10,530 nt of DNA from a virus (Duplodnaviria; Heunggongvirae; Uroviricota; Caudoviricetes). Within the stretch, counting starts at the first letter, position 1; every line of letters begins with the position of its first letter. Below the pieces are notes generated by a model. The model saw only the letters and a list, made by a program, of their open reading frames with translations, was not told the origin of the DNA and searched no databases. A program made the translations under genes and the position numbers. Positions 1-8,558 of this stretch are shown here, piece by piece. Location of the stretch: IMG/VR virus record IMGVR_UViG_3300029241_000040. One strand, given 5' to 3'.

Positions 1-83
1 ATCGGTGGAGCTGCATGACAAAGTCATCGGGCATTATCTGAACATAAAACACTATCAATAAGTTGGAGTCATTACCGCAATGA

Positions 84-902
<819 letters not shown>

Positions 903-926
903 GTCTTTAAGTGATAAGCATAAACC

Positions 927-958
927 GCAGCACGATCTTCTTGCATACGACGTGCTAC
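927..958. terminator. Possible bidirectional hairpin between convergent genes
   Basis: gcagcacg (927-934) and cgtgctac (951-958) form a 6-7 bp stem around a 16-nt loop in the 60-bp gap between two convergent stop codons. The stem is weak and there is no strong U-tract. Confidence 0.2.
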
Positions 959-962
959 GGTT

Positions 963-1517
963 TCATTTATCTCCGACCGGAAACTTCTTATACAGTGTCG
1001 ATATACCAACATCATAGATGATCGCCACCTTCTGGCGAGGAACGCCTGATGCAATTAATCGCCCGGCCTGCGCCCATTGTTCTGGTGTAAGTTTGGGACG
1101 ACGTCCCCCAATTCGTCCCTGTGCGCGAGCAGCTTCCAGTCCAGCTTTTGTTCGTTCAACAATCAGTTCTCGTTCCATTTCAGCCAGGGCACCCATCACA
1201 TGAAAGAAAAAACGCCCCATCGGTGTGCTGGTATCAATAGCATCCGTCAGGCTGCGAAAATTAACGCCACGTTCGCGCAACTCCTCAACCAGAATGACCA
1301 GATGCCGCATACTACGCCCCAGCCGATCCAGCTTCCAGACAACCAGAGTGTCACCTGCCGATAATGTCCTGAGCAGCTTTTTCAGTCCTGGTCTGTAGGA
1401 CTTTGTACCGCTTATCTTGTCTTCAAAAATCAGCTCACATCCTGCACAGTTCAGCGCATTACGTTGTAGATCGGTATTCTGGTCATTTGTTGATACACGT
1501 ACATAGCCAATAAGCAT
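963..1517 (-). CDS. pin: Serine-recombinase DNA invertase of the Pin/Gin/Hin/Cin family (184 aa)
   Basis: Translation from the internal Met reads MLIGYVRVSTNDQ...LVVWKLDRLGRS...GRIGGRRPKL...STLYKK, the hallmark resolvase/invertase catalytic domain with a C-terminal helix-turn-helix. The length matches Pin (184 aa). A GGGGGA Shine-Dalgarno-like sequence lies about 7 nt upstream of the ATG at 1517. The ORF-track start at 1553 would add 12 residues with no homology. Confidence 0.9.
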   Translation of the reverse strand: MLIGYVRVSTNDQNTDLQRNALNCAGCELIFEDKISGTKSYRPGLKKLLRTLSAGDTLVVWKLDRLGRSMRHLVILVEELRERGVNFRSLTDAIDTSTPMGRFFFHVMGALAEMERELIVERTKAGLEAARAQGRIGGRRPKLTPEQWAQAGRLIASGVPRQKVAIIYDVGISTLYKKFPVGDK

Positions 1518-1571
1518 GTTAAATCCCCCTGGTAAAAGCAGGAATGATGCCATTTGCTTGTTATTTCTTCA

Positions 1572-1597
1572 TTTTCATAAACGTTGGTTTGGGAGAA
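1572..1597. repeat. Invertase crossover site (hix/gix-like 26-bp site), pin-proximal
   Basis: ttttcataaacgttggtttgggagaa fits the recalled family consensus TTnTCnnAAACCnnGGTTTnnGAnAA. It matches the reverse complement of 3429-3454 at 20 of 26 positions, including 14 of 14 in the inner half. Confidence 0.8.
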
Positions 1598-2059
1598 GGT
1601 GCTCCAGCTATTGGCGTTCCGTTCTTCTGGCCGTCCGCTGCAATGCCAAATACTGTAATCGACAGCTGGTCCGGTATGGTGTTTTTGAAGTTCAACGGCG
1701 CGAAATTCTCTGCCACTGATTACCCTGTGCTGGCGAAAGTGTTTCCTTCGCTGGTATTACCTGAAGCCCGCGGTGATTTCATTCGTATCTGGGATGATGG
1801 TCGTGGTGTAGATAGTGGACGTGGATTACTTAGTACGCAGTCTGACCTGATGAAACAATTTACTTTGCAATACTACGGTCCTTCTGCTGGTACTGGAACA
1901 AGAACGGTTTTCGCCCTCCAGAGTAATGCGAACGGCATATATACGAGTGGTATTAGTCAGAATGATGGTAGTGGCACCGCTGCGGCTTTTAATGTACCAG
2001 GCGGCACCGAAACACGCCCACGTAACATTGCATTCAACTTTTTAGTAAGGGCTAAATAA
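1586..2059 (+). CDS. Silent alternative tail-fibre C-terminal segment (Sv'-like); promoterless until inversion
   Basis: Reading frame is open from the crossover site. The GLGE codons (ggt ttg gga gaa, 1586-1597) are identical to those at 3429-3440 on the minus strand, so inversion would fuse this segment in frame to the constant N-terminus. The first 14 residues of track ORF 1544-2059 lie before or across the site and are not expected to be translated. Confidence 0.7.
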   Translation, partial: GLGEGAPAIGVPFFWPSAAMPNTVIDSWSGMVFLKFNGAKFSATDYPVLAKVFPSLVLPEARGDFIRIWDDGRGVDSGRGLLSTQSDLMKQFTLQYYGPSAGTGTRTVFALQSNANGIYTSGISQNDGSGTAAAFNVPGGTETRPRNIAFNFLVRAK

Positions 2060-2652
2060 TGAAACCTGTTTTTGATAAAAATGGGCTGGCTACAGTACCG
2101 GGTGATATGCGTTGTTTTTATTATGATGCAGTAACGTCTGAATATACTGGCTGGTCTGATGAATATATTAATACTGGTGTAAGTATGCCCGCCTGTTCCA
2201 CTGGTATTGACCCGGGCGAATACATTCCGGGGAAAGTGGCAGTATTTACGGGTAAGGGATGGAGCCATGAAGAAGACCACCGCAATGAGACTGCTTACTC
2301 AATCGAAAATGGCGCAGCTGTTACAGTGGATTATATCGGTGCCATCAAAGACGGTTATGTCACGCTTTCACCGTTAACGCCATACGATAAATGGGATGGT
2401 GAGAAATGGGTGACAGATACTGAGGCACAGCATAGTGCCTCAGTAGACGCGGCAGAAGCACAGCGCCAGTCGCTGATTGATGCTGCAATGGCTTCCATCA
2501 GTCTGATTCAACTGAAATTGCAGGCCGGGCGGAAGCTGACGCAGGCAGAAACAACCCGACTTAACGCCGTGCTGGATTACATTGACGCGGTGACGGCAAC
2601 AGATACCAGCACCGCGCCGGATATCATCTGGCCTGAACAGCCGGAGGCGTAG
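2059..2652 (+). CDS. tfa: Tail fibre assembly chaperone, alternative cassette (Tfa/U'-like, 197 aa)
   Basis: ATG overlaps the stop of the preceding fibre segment (TAATG). The C-terminal motif DTSTAPDIIWPEQPE is characteristic of Mu U / Tfa chaperones. Confidence 0.8.
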   Translation: MKPVFDKNGLATVPGDMRCFYYDAVTSEYTGWSDEYINTGVSMPACSTGIDPGEYIPGKVAVFTGKGWSHEEDHRNETAYSIENGAAVTVDYIGAIKDGYVTLSPLTPYDKWDGEKWVTDTEAQHSASVDAAEAQRQSLIDAAMASISLIQLKLQAGRKLTQAETTRLNAVLDYIDAVTATDTSTAPDIIWPEQPEA

Positions 2653-3064
2653 GCCATTCAATATCTGGAGCACTGGAAGTATCGACCAGTTCCAGTGCGT
2701 CAAGATAATCCAGCCATAAATTATATTGCGCCAGTTCCTCACCTTTCAGACGACCAATAGCAGCCTTTCCTGGCCACTGCTTACTGTTAATATATTCATT
2801 AACTCGATTTATGAGTGCCTGTTTTTTTCGTTCCGCTTCTGACAGTTGTTCTTCATGAGTTAGCGGCGGTACGTCATCCCATGCAGGATAGCCATCATCA
2901 CCCGCAACTCTCACTTTCCCTGGAGGTGGGGACAGGTACTTAATAAATATATCCTCATCAACTTCAACTCCATTATGAGGCCATAACCCAGACTTCTTAT
3001 ACTGACTTTCCAGAGTAAATGGGTAAAACATATTAGTTTTAGCATCGTAAAGATATTTACTCAT
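2624..3064 (-). CDS. tfa: Tail fibre assembly chaperone, currently expressed cassette (Tfa/U-like, 146 aa)
   Basis: Start chosen at the internal Met (MSKYLYDAKTNMFYPF...), 1 nt downstream of the fibre stop codon. The C-terminal motif DTSSAPDIEWP matches the Tfa family. The ORF-track start at 3163 would overlap the fibre gene. Confidence 0.8.
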   Translation of the reverse strand: MSKYLYDAKTNMFYPFTLESQYKKSGLWPHNGVEVDEDIFIKYLSPPPGKVRVAGDDGYPAWDDVPPLTHEEQLSEAERKKQALINRVNEYINSKQWPGKAAIGRLKGEELAQYNLWLDYLDALELVDTSSAPDIEWPTPPAVQAR

Positions 3065-3065
3065 T

Positions 3066-3731
3066 TTATCTTCCTGTGGCAAACCAGCGGCAACCAGCGA
3101 CAGTTGGAACATTGAAGGATGGATTTCCTTTATCAAGAGATCCCAGGTTATCTGCCATGACACTTGAGTTAGTCAATTGATAGAATTGCCATACTGACAT
3201 TTTCCCTGGCACAGGAGCATGGTCATGTTCATTAATAGAAATGACGCCTGTCGGAAATGGGATAGGAAAATTAATCAAAACTTCATTTATTGTGGCCCCA
3301 GTTAGCCCCCATTGTTCAATATAACCATCCGGGCTTCGCCTCCATCCCGTCGTTGTATCTCCCCCACACTCCCACGCTGACATATCAGGAATTTGGTTTT
3401 GCCCGTTACCCACATCCCGTTTTGCCGCTTCTCCCAAACCAAGGTTTTCGAGAGCCGTTTTCACGGTGCCATCCGATTTGATATCGCCAAACGGATTCTT
3501 GCGGCTTAACAGCAGCGCACGAAGCGCGGTAAGCAGCTGGTCATGCCGCCCCTTCTCCAGGCTGGCACCGGATGCCTCCACCACGCCACAAAGCTCTTCC
3601 TGCAACATGTCAAAGTAGTCATCATCCAGATCGGTGGCAGGCGTGCCGGTCTGGGGGTTACCACGGGTAAAACCGTTCTTACCCGCGCCGAACTTATCCT
3701 TCTGCGCGGTTTTCGTGTCTATACGATGCAT
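3066..3731 (-). CDS. stf: Short tail fibre protein (221 aa; constant N-terminus of about 96 aa plus variable C-terminus in the current orientation)
   Basis: Position between the gp48-like gene and tfa. A crossover site lies inside the gene at the codons for ENLGLGE. The variable part sits inside the invertible segment. Length resembles the short fibres of e14-like elements. Confidence 0.8.
   Translation of the reverse strand: MHRIDTKTAQKDKFGAGKNGFTRGNPQTGTPATDLDDDYFDMLQEELCGVVEASGASLEKGRHDQLLTALRALLLSRKNPFGDIKSDGTVKTALENLGLGEAAKRDVGNGQNQIPDMSAWECGGDTTTGWRRSPDGYIEQWGLTGATINEVLINFPIPFPTGVISINEHDHAPVPGKMSVWQFYQLTNSSVMADNLGSLDKGNPSFNVPTVAGCRWFATGR
3429..3454. repeat. Invertase crossover site (hix/gix-like 26-bp site) inside the tail fibre gene
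   Basis: ttctcccaaaccaaggttttcgagag closely resembles the recalled hixL sequence and the family consensus. It is in inverted orientation relative to 1572-1597. Confidence 0.8.
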
Positions 3732-3734
3732 GGA

Positions 3735-4319
3735 TTACTCCGGATATTTAAAAATTACGTAGGTATGCGACGGGCAGAGTTTGTTAAGCACACACTCGAC
3801 AACGGTGTCACCCCAGATACGCAGTGCGGAATCACAGGGATCGCCACATGTCATCCAGGTGGTGTTGGTGGCGGCTGGCATGTTGACCTGCCAGTAATAC
3901 CGCCATTCCGGCGCATTCACCGCGTCAGTACAGGCCGATGAGCAGGTGAACGTGCTTTTGTCGTATCGCGTGATGGTGGCATCTGGTCTGCCCAGGGCAG
4001 CAAGCTGTGCAAGATAAAAATCCTCGTTGATGCCGCCCGCCAGGTTAACCTTCGCATCCAGCCGTTGCTGACGCTGGCGAAGGGTCTGCGTTCCCGCCGG
4101 AATACATTCATCCGGCAGACCGCACAGACGCTCCCAGCGGTTTATCAGTTCAGTGGTGGTGCGCGGATCCAGCTCCCGCATCAGGGCATCCGCACGCTGA
4201 TGAACACGGGTTAATGACGGTGCCGCACCGGCAATCGCCGGATCGCTGGCTGACCACGCCGGACCGGGCGGCAACAGTGCCGATAACAGGCGGATGTAAT
4301 CATCGTTTGTCACGTCCAT
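3735..4319 (-). CDS. Mu gp48-like / YmfQ-like baseplate protein (DUF2313, 194 aa)
   Basis: N-terminus [22 protein letters not shown] is the typical start of this family. It lies directly upstream of the tail fibre gene. Confidence 0.75.
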   Translation of the reverse strand: MDVTNDDYIRLLSALLPPGPAWSASDPAIAGAAPSLTRVHQRADALMRELDPRTTTELINRWERLCGLPDECIPAGTQTLRQRQQRLDAKVNLAGGINEDFYLAQLAALGRPDATITRYDKSTFTCSSACTDAVNAPEWRYYWQVNMPAATNTTWMTCGDPCDSALRIWGDTVVECVLNKLCPSHTYVIFKYPE

Positions 4320-5368
4320 GAAATCGTCCCCAGTACCGCCAGTTCGTTTTTCGCAATGGAGATATTGTCCACCGGTGCAAGCAACTGATGGCTGTATTCC
4401 CCGTTCGCACCGGAAATCGCCTCACTGATACGCGATACCTTCAGTTCTCCCTGCGGATAACCATCACGCAGCAGGAACGAACGCAACTCCGCGGTAATGG
4501 CAGCCCGTATTTCCGGTGTGTCCGGCGTCACGCGGATATGAAAATCCACCGTATGTGCCACCGGCCTGAATACATACAAATCAGAGCCTGCCACCGGGGC
4601 CAGTGGCCCGATATGTTGTCTTGCTGCCGTTTCCGTTGATTCTTCCGGAATGGGATTAATCAGGTCACTGCTGGCAATCATCACACCGACAGTTCCCGTT
4701 CCCATCCAGTGACGGTATGTCCATGCGCGGGTAATGCCGGGCACTTCTTTAGCCCAGACGACATAGTCCCCGTCAGCCCCGCCCTGAGGCGTCCAGTAAT
4801 ACCGCTCAATGACGCGGGCGCGCCACGTTTCCAGCTCTTCAGTATCAAATCCGCCTGTAAGGGTATCTGCCACGCCGGAAGACGGCAGACCATTAACCGG
4901 CGTGACCAGGATTAATGACGTACCGTCGTCAGCGTTACCGACCGCGCCTGCACTTGAGCAGGCGATCGGCACGCGCAGGACACCACCGGAGCTGGTTGCA
5001 TCGGCAGTTGCCGTGTACTGAACCAGGTCATCGCGCTGAATAACACTCCCGGCGGTCACCTTCAGGCCATCGCTGACACCTTCCCAACGCATATACCCGC
5101 TGGCAGCCGTGGCCCCCTTGCGCGGACACCGTTTCATCGCAGCATGTCGCGCCAGCCAGGACTCATCGCACAGGTCAGGCAGCATGTTCATTGCCAGATA
5201 ATCGATGTACCCGTAAACCGTATGCAGCGCCGCCGCATACACCTTTGCCCGCACGTCTTCATCCATGCGCCGGAGCGTGTCGCTGACGTCCAGCCTGGCG
5301 AATAAATCGTTACGGAGCATACTGATATTTTCTGCCAGCGTCGGGCGCTGAAATTCACTGTCCGCCAT
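4310..5368 (-). CDS. Baseplate J-like protein (Mu gp47-like, 352 aa)
   Basis: Size and position within the Mu-order baseplate block. Its stop region overlaps the downstream gene start by 10 nt. Confidence 0.75.
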   Translation of the reverse strand: MADSEFQRPTLAENISMLRNDLFARLDVSDTLRRMDEDVRAKVYAAALHTVYGYIDYLAMNMLPDLCDESWLARHAAMKRCPRKGATAASGYMRWEGVSDGLKVTAGSVIQRDDLVQYTATADATSSGGVLRVPIACSSAGAVGNADDGTSLILVTPVNGLPSSGVADTLTGGFDTEELETWRARVIERYYWTPQGGADGDYVVWAKEVPGITRAWTYRHWMGTGTVGVMIASSDLINPIPEESTETAARQHIGPLAPVAGSDLYVFRPVAHTVDFHIRVTPDTPEIRAAITAELRSFLLRDGYPQGELKVSRISEAISGANGEYSHQLLAPVDNISIAKNELAVLGTISWT

Positions 5369-5783
5369 GCGTTATCGCACTCCACAGATCATCAAAAGAA
5401 ATCATTACCGGTCCGTCACGACGCCAGAGGGTGATACTGTTACCCAGCTCATTAATCCCGGTGCGGCGGATATCCAGATCAATACGGGACACCACGCCGT
5501 CATCAATCATCCATTGCAGGCATTCGCGGATATACCCCCTTACTGTCTGCACCAGCTGATTGGTCAGTTTGCTGCGCTGAAGCAGCCACAGTCGGGAGCC
5601 GTAACGGTCATTCTGTACCGCAGGCCAGGTATCCCCCCACCATCCCATCGGGACGTCGGCGTTGTCATCAGGCTCCGCCCGCCGCCAGGTAAACAGGGAA
5701 ATCACCACGGCGCGGGTCAGCGGATCCAGCGGTGCGCTGGCGCAGGTGCGTTTACCGTTCACCGTCAGCCACAGTTCCATCAT
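5355..5783 (-). CDS. Mu gp46-like baseplate protein (gp25/W-like, 142 aa)
   Basis: Size and order match Mu gp46. It overlaps its neighbours, suggesting translational coupling. Confidence 0.7.
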   Translation of the reverse strand: MMELWLTVNGKRTCASAPLDPLTRAVVISLFTWRRAEPDDNADVPMGWWGDTWPAVQNDRYGSRLWLLQRSKLTNQLVQTVRGYIRECLQWMIDDGVVSRIDLDIRRTGINELGNSITLWRRDGPVMISFDDLWSAITHGGQ

Positions 5784-6328
5784 GCCTCCATCGCTTTATC
5801 CGGTTTGTCGGTGTTACTGCCCTGACCGTTCTCTCTGTGACGATGCCCGTTATAGGCAAGCCGCATCGCTGACATGGTAGTGCCGCTGGAGTCGCACAGG
5901 TCTTTCACCTGTCCTGTCACTTCCAGGTCCATTTCAAAACGTGCTTTAGGTGAATTGCGAAACGTGATCGTTTTACCTGCACCGTCCACCACGATCCCCT
6001 CCCGGGTCAGCGTCACAGACTGCCCCTGATCGTCATAGACAGCCACCTCACCCGTCTGCAACCCTTTCAGGCGGTAGCGCCGGTCCGACACCGTAACAAC
6101 CACCGCATGAGAACGGTCGCCATCCGGAAACAACACCACCGCTTCCGCACCGCTGTTTGCCCTTGCGGTAAAACCGTAGGGTTCAAGATGTTCAACCCCG
6201 GCTTTGGGTTCACCGGCAATCAGGGACACATCCACGGTCTGACATTTCGTGGCGGCACTGATGCTTTTCACCACTGCCCGCGCAATCAGGCCGAGAAGTT
6301 GTCGCTGCATGGCTTCAATCGTCCTCAT
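5780..6328 (-). CDS. Baseplate assembly protein V-like / Mu gp45-like spike (182 aa)
   Basis: Size and order match Mu gp45. Its start overlaps the upstream stop in an ATGA arrangement. Confidence 0.7.
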   Translation of the reverse strand: MRTIEAMQRQLLGLIARAVVKSISAATKCQTVDVSLIAGEPKAGVEHLEPYGFTARANSGAEAVVLFPDGDRSHAVVVTVSDRRYRLKGLQTGEVAVYDDQGQSVTLTREGIVVDGAGKTITFRNSPKARFEMDLEVTGQVKDLCDSSGTTMSAMRLAYNGHRHRENGQGSNTDKPDKAMEA

Positions 6329-7407
6329 CAGAACGGGTCCTCCTGTACTCTGGCTTTTTTCTTTTTCCGCGCGCCGGGGGCTTCGGGTTCAGGCAGATAA
6401 GCATCAGGCGGGCCGACACGGATTTCCGTCAGGGTGCCGTTCTGGTCCTGAGTAAACGTGACTTCCGAGACAAGCAGTTCGGTATTGTCGAAACCACAGA
6501 CCGGATCAAAGACAATCACCCGCTGGTTGGGCTGCCACAGCGTACCGTTACCCTGTCGCCAGCCCTGCACCACATAGGTGGTTTCATCCGTCCGCGCCGC
6601 CCGTTGTCGGGCTTCAAAGTCAGCACGCGCAATACAGCCTGCCCCCGTGGCCTGCCCTGTCTGCCTGATATACATCGGACGGTAACGGGCAATAAATGCG
6701 TCCTCTGTGCGGGCCCGCAGCGCGGTGGTGGTGACCTCACCGAAATCATCGTCGTTTCCGGCACGCTGCCCCGCCACCTGGTAAACAGAAAACCGCTCCC
6801 GGATACTCTTCTCCGTATCGCAGGAAAGGATGTTTTCCCCAAGTACCAGCGCGGTATGTGCCCGCGTTGAGCCAATACCGCCAATCACCAGCCTGCCGTG
6901 CGGGTCGTCGTAAGCCAGCGCCTGCTGCTGACCGAGTATTTTGTTTATTACCTCAATCACCGTTTCACCGTGATCAGGCTGAACATCAGGAATAACACCC
7001 GACGGCGCACCGCTGTTCACCACCTCAATGCCGAAAGGCGCAGCAAGCGCCTGCGCAATCTGCACCAGCGAGCGTCCGTTAAACTGTGTCGGTTCGGCTG
7101 CACAGTCAATCAGGTCAGCCGTCAGACTACGTCCGGCAATACCGGTGCTGACCGAACGGGCATCGTAACGAACGGGCGTCGCCTCCACCCAGCCGGTGAT
7201 CACCAGCTCATCACCAATCAGCACTTCCACTTTTGAACCGTTTTTAATGCGCGGCTGAAGCGTGGTGATACCCTCATCTCCCGGCCACTGGCGGGTGATC
7301 TCCACACTGAAATCCCGCGCCAGCCGTTCAATACCGGCACCGATGCGCACCGATGTCCAGCCATTCCACTCCCGGCCATTTACCCGTAGCGTGACATTGT
7401 CGTTCAT
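6328..7407 (-). CDS. Mu gp44-like baseplate hub protein (Phage_GPD-like, 359 aa)
   Basis: Size and order match Mu gp44 (P). The start overlaps the upstream gene by 4 nt. Confidence 0.7.
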   Translation of the reverse strand: MNDNVTLRVNGREWNGWTSVRIGAGIERLARDFSVEITRQWPGDEGITTLQPRIKNGSKVEVLIGDELVITGWVEATPVRYDARSVSTGIAGRSLTADLIDCAAEPTQFNGRSLVQIAQALAAPFGIEVVNSGAPSGVIPDVQPDHGETVIEVINKILGQQQALAYDDPHGRLVIGGIGSTRAHTALVLGENILSCDTEKSIRERFSVYQVAGQRAGNDDDFGEVTTTALRARTEDAFIARYRPMYIRQTGQATGAGCIARADFEARQRAARTDETTYVVQGWRQGNGTLWQPNQRVIVFDPVCGFDNTELLVSEVTFTQDQNGTLTEIRVGPPDAYLPEPEAPGARKKKKARVQEDPF

Positions 7408-8558
7408 TGCACTGGCACCTTCAGAGGGATCACCGGCACAAAGCCGGGATGCGTAATGGCATTACGCCGGATAATGTCCGCGTCACGCGCCGCGTTATCA
7501 AACCAGGTCGCCGCCAGCACCAGCGCGGGTAAAACCTCATCCGGCGTGCGCTGAATGATCCGTGCAGACTGTTCAAGGCGCGTGTTGATATCCGCATTCA
7601 GATCTGCTTTCACCCGGCGCAGCACCAGAAACAGCGCATCACTGGTTGTACGGGACAACTCCTTATCAATTGCCGTATTCAGTGTGTCGCGAATGTCGGT
7701 CAGTTCTTCCCACGTTGGCAGGTCAACCGTGTTTTTCACCGCCGGTGCATTGTTCAGTGCCGGATGCGTGACAGAAGGCCAGCCGGTGCTCTGCGCGGGT
7801 GTTGTTGACTGCCCCACTGTGGCATTCTGCATCACCGCGGAAGTTGTGGGCGCAGGCAATCGTGTGACGACATACGCCGCTTCGCTGATTGCGGTCGTAC
7901 GAAGGGTGCTGGCAACCACGTTACGCTGCTGCGTCGCCGTGGCGGTGGTTTTACTGTCCGTTTTCCAGACGCCGCGCGGTTGCAGATCGCTGCCAAGGCT
8001 GACACCGGAAAGCGTTTTGATCATGGTGACCAGGTCGCTGGCGTTACCATAAAGGCGTTTCCCGGTACGCCACATTTTCTGCACCTGCTCAACGAAATTT
8101 TTGCCTGACGATGGCGGCGGAAGAAGTACCGAGATATCCCCCTGCAACAGCCTGGCGGCATCCGATACGGCAGAATCCACCACTTTCATCGCATCAGAAA
8201 CATACCCAAGCATTGTGCCGACATTACCGACGACGTCGTTCTGCACAAAATCTGCCACGCCATCGATACTGAAACCGCTGAAGCTGTCACTGATGCAGTC
8301 ATCCAGTGCAGAACAGGATGACATCAGCGTCTGCGCCGTCGCCACGCCTGATGTGGGGTAAGAGAGATCTCCCGCTTCGACAAACTTCAGGTCAAAGCGG
8401 ACAATACGCCCTTCACTCTTCGATGTGCTGACCCGAACTTCCCCGTCAACACAGACTTTCAACTCACCGTATGTCGGGTGGACAAGCGTGCCGGGACCGG
8501 GTTTATTCAGCGCGTCAATCAGGCGATCGCGCTGGTCAAAGCAGTCATCTCCCACCAC
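7404..8558 (-). CDS. Mu N (gp43)-like DNA circularisation protein, N-terminally truncated remnant (GTG start; homology continues upstream to about 8660 with no start codon)
   Basis: QRDRLIDALNKPGPGTLVHPTYGELKV matches the conserved N-domain motif of the Mu N family. The same frame upstream reads ...AEDLGKVTF... back to a TAG at 8661-8663 without ATG, GTG or TTG. The expected ASFRGVPF / GGRR / HEFP N-terminal motifs are absent. Confidence 0.65.
   Translation of the reverse strand: MVGDDCFDQRDRLIDALNKPGPGTLVHPTYGELKVCVDGEVRVSTSKSEGRIVRFDLKFVEAGDLSYPTSGVATAQTLMSSCSALDDCISDSFSGFSIDGVADFVQNDVVGNVGTMLGYVSDAMKVVDSAVSDAARLLQGDISVLLPPPSSGKNFVEQVQKMWRTGKRLYGNASDLVTMIKTLSGVSLGSDLQPRGVWKTDSKTTATATQQRNVVASTLRTTAISEAAYVVTRLPAPTTSAVMQNATVGQSTTPAQSTGWPSVTHPALNNAPAVKNTVDLPTWEELTDIRDTLNTAIDKELSRTTSDALFLVLRRVKADLNADINTRLEQSARIIQRTPDEVLPALVLAATWFDNAARDADIIRRNAITHPGFVPVIPLKVPVQ

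Larger units (their letters stand above)
1572..3454. other. Invertible tail-fibre host-range segment (G/P-segment-like, about 1.9 kb)
   Basis: Bounded by two inverted crossover sites. It contains two oppositely oriented fibre C-terminus plus chaperone cassettes. The invertase gene is immediately adjacent. Confidence 0.8.

Noticed and set aside
1018-1364. Plus-strand ORFs 1018-1203 and 1077-1364 inside the invertase gene
   Set aside because: Antisense shadow ORFs within a well-supported invertase CDS. They are low-complexity and have no recognisable motifs.
1518-1553. The 196-aa form of the invertase ORF starting at 1553 (MASFLLLPGGFN...)
   Set aside because: The extra 12 residues have no homology. 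The canonical invertase N-terminus MLIGYVRVST begins at the ATG at 1517, which has a Shine-Dalgarno-like GGGGGA upstream, and the family length is 184 aa.
1544-1585. N-terminal 14 residues of track ORF 1544-2059 (MMPFACYFFIFINV)
   Set aside because: They lie before or across the crossover site. The alternative fibre segment is only meaningful from the GLGE codons after fusion by inversion, so the ATG at 1544 is a frame artefact.
2053-2078. Possible third hix-like crossover site at the fibre/chaperone junction (tgaaacc ... gtttttgataa)
   Set aside because: The right arm matches a hixL half-site at 11 nt, but the left arm is poor and the two half-sites are 2 bp too close, so the central spacing of a functional site is not met. 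Probably coincidental or a relic.
2624-3163. 179-aa form of the chaperone ORF starting at 3163
   Set aside because: It would overlap the last 33 codons of the tail fibre gene. The internal Met at 3064 gives a start 1 nt after the fibre stop and a size consistent with Tfa proteins.
3290-8361. Multiple plus-strand ORFs of 60-165 aa (for example 3543-3941, 4709-4915, 5367-5825, 6107-6400, 6898-7236, 7555-8052, 8101-8361) opposite the baseplate genes
   Set aside because: All lie antisense to long, homology-supported minus-strand genes in GC-rich DNA where spurious open frames are common. None has recognisable domain features.
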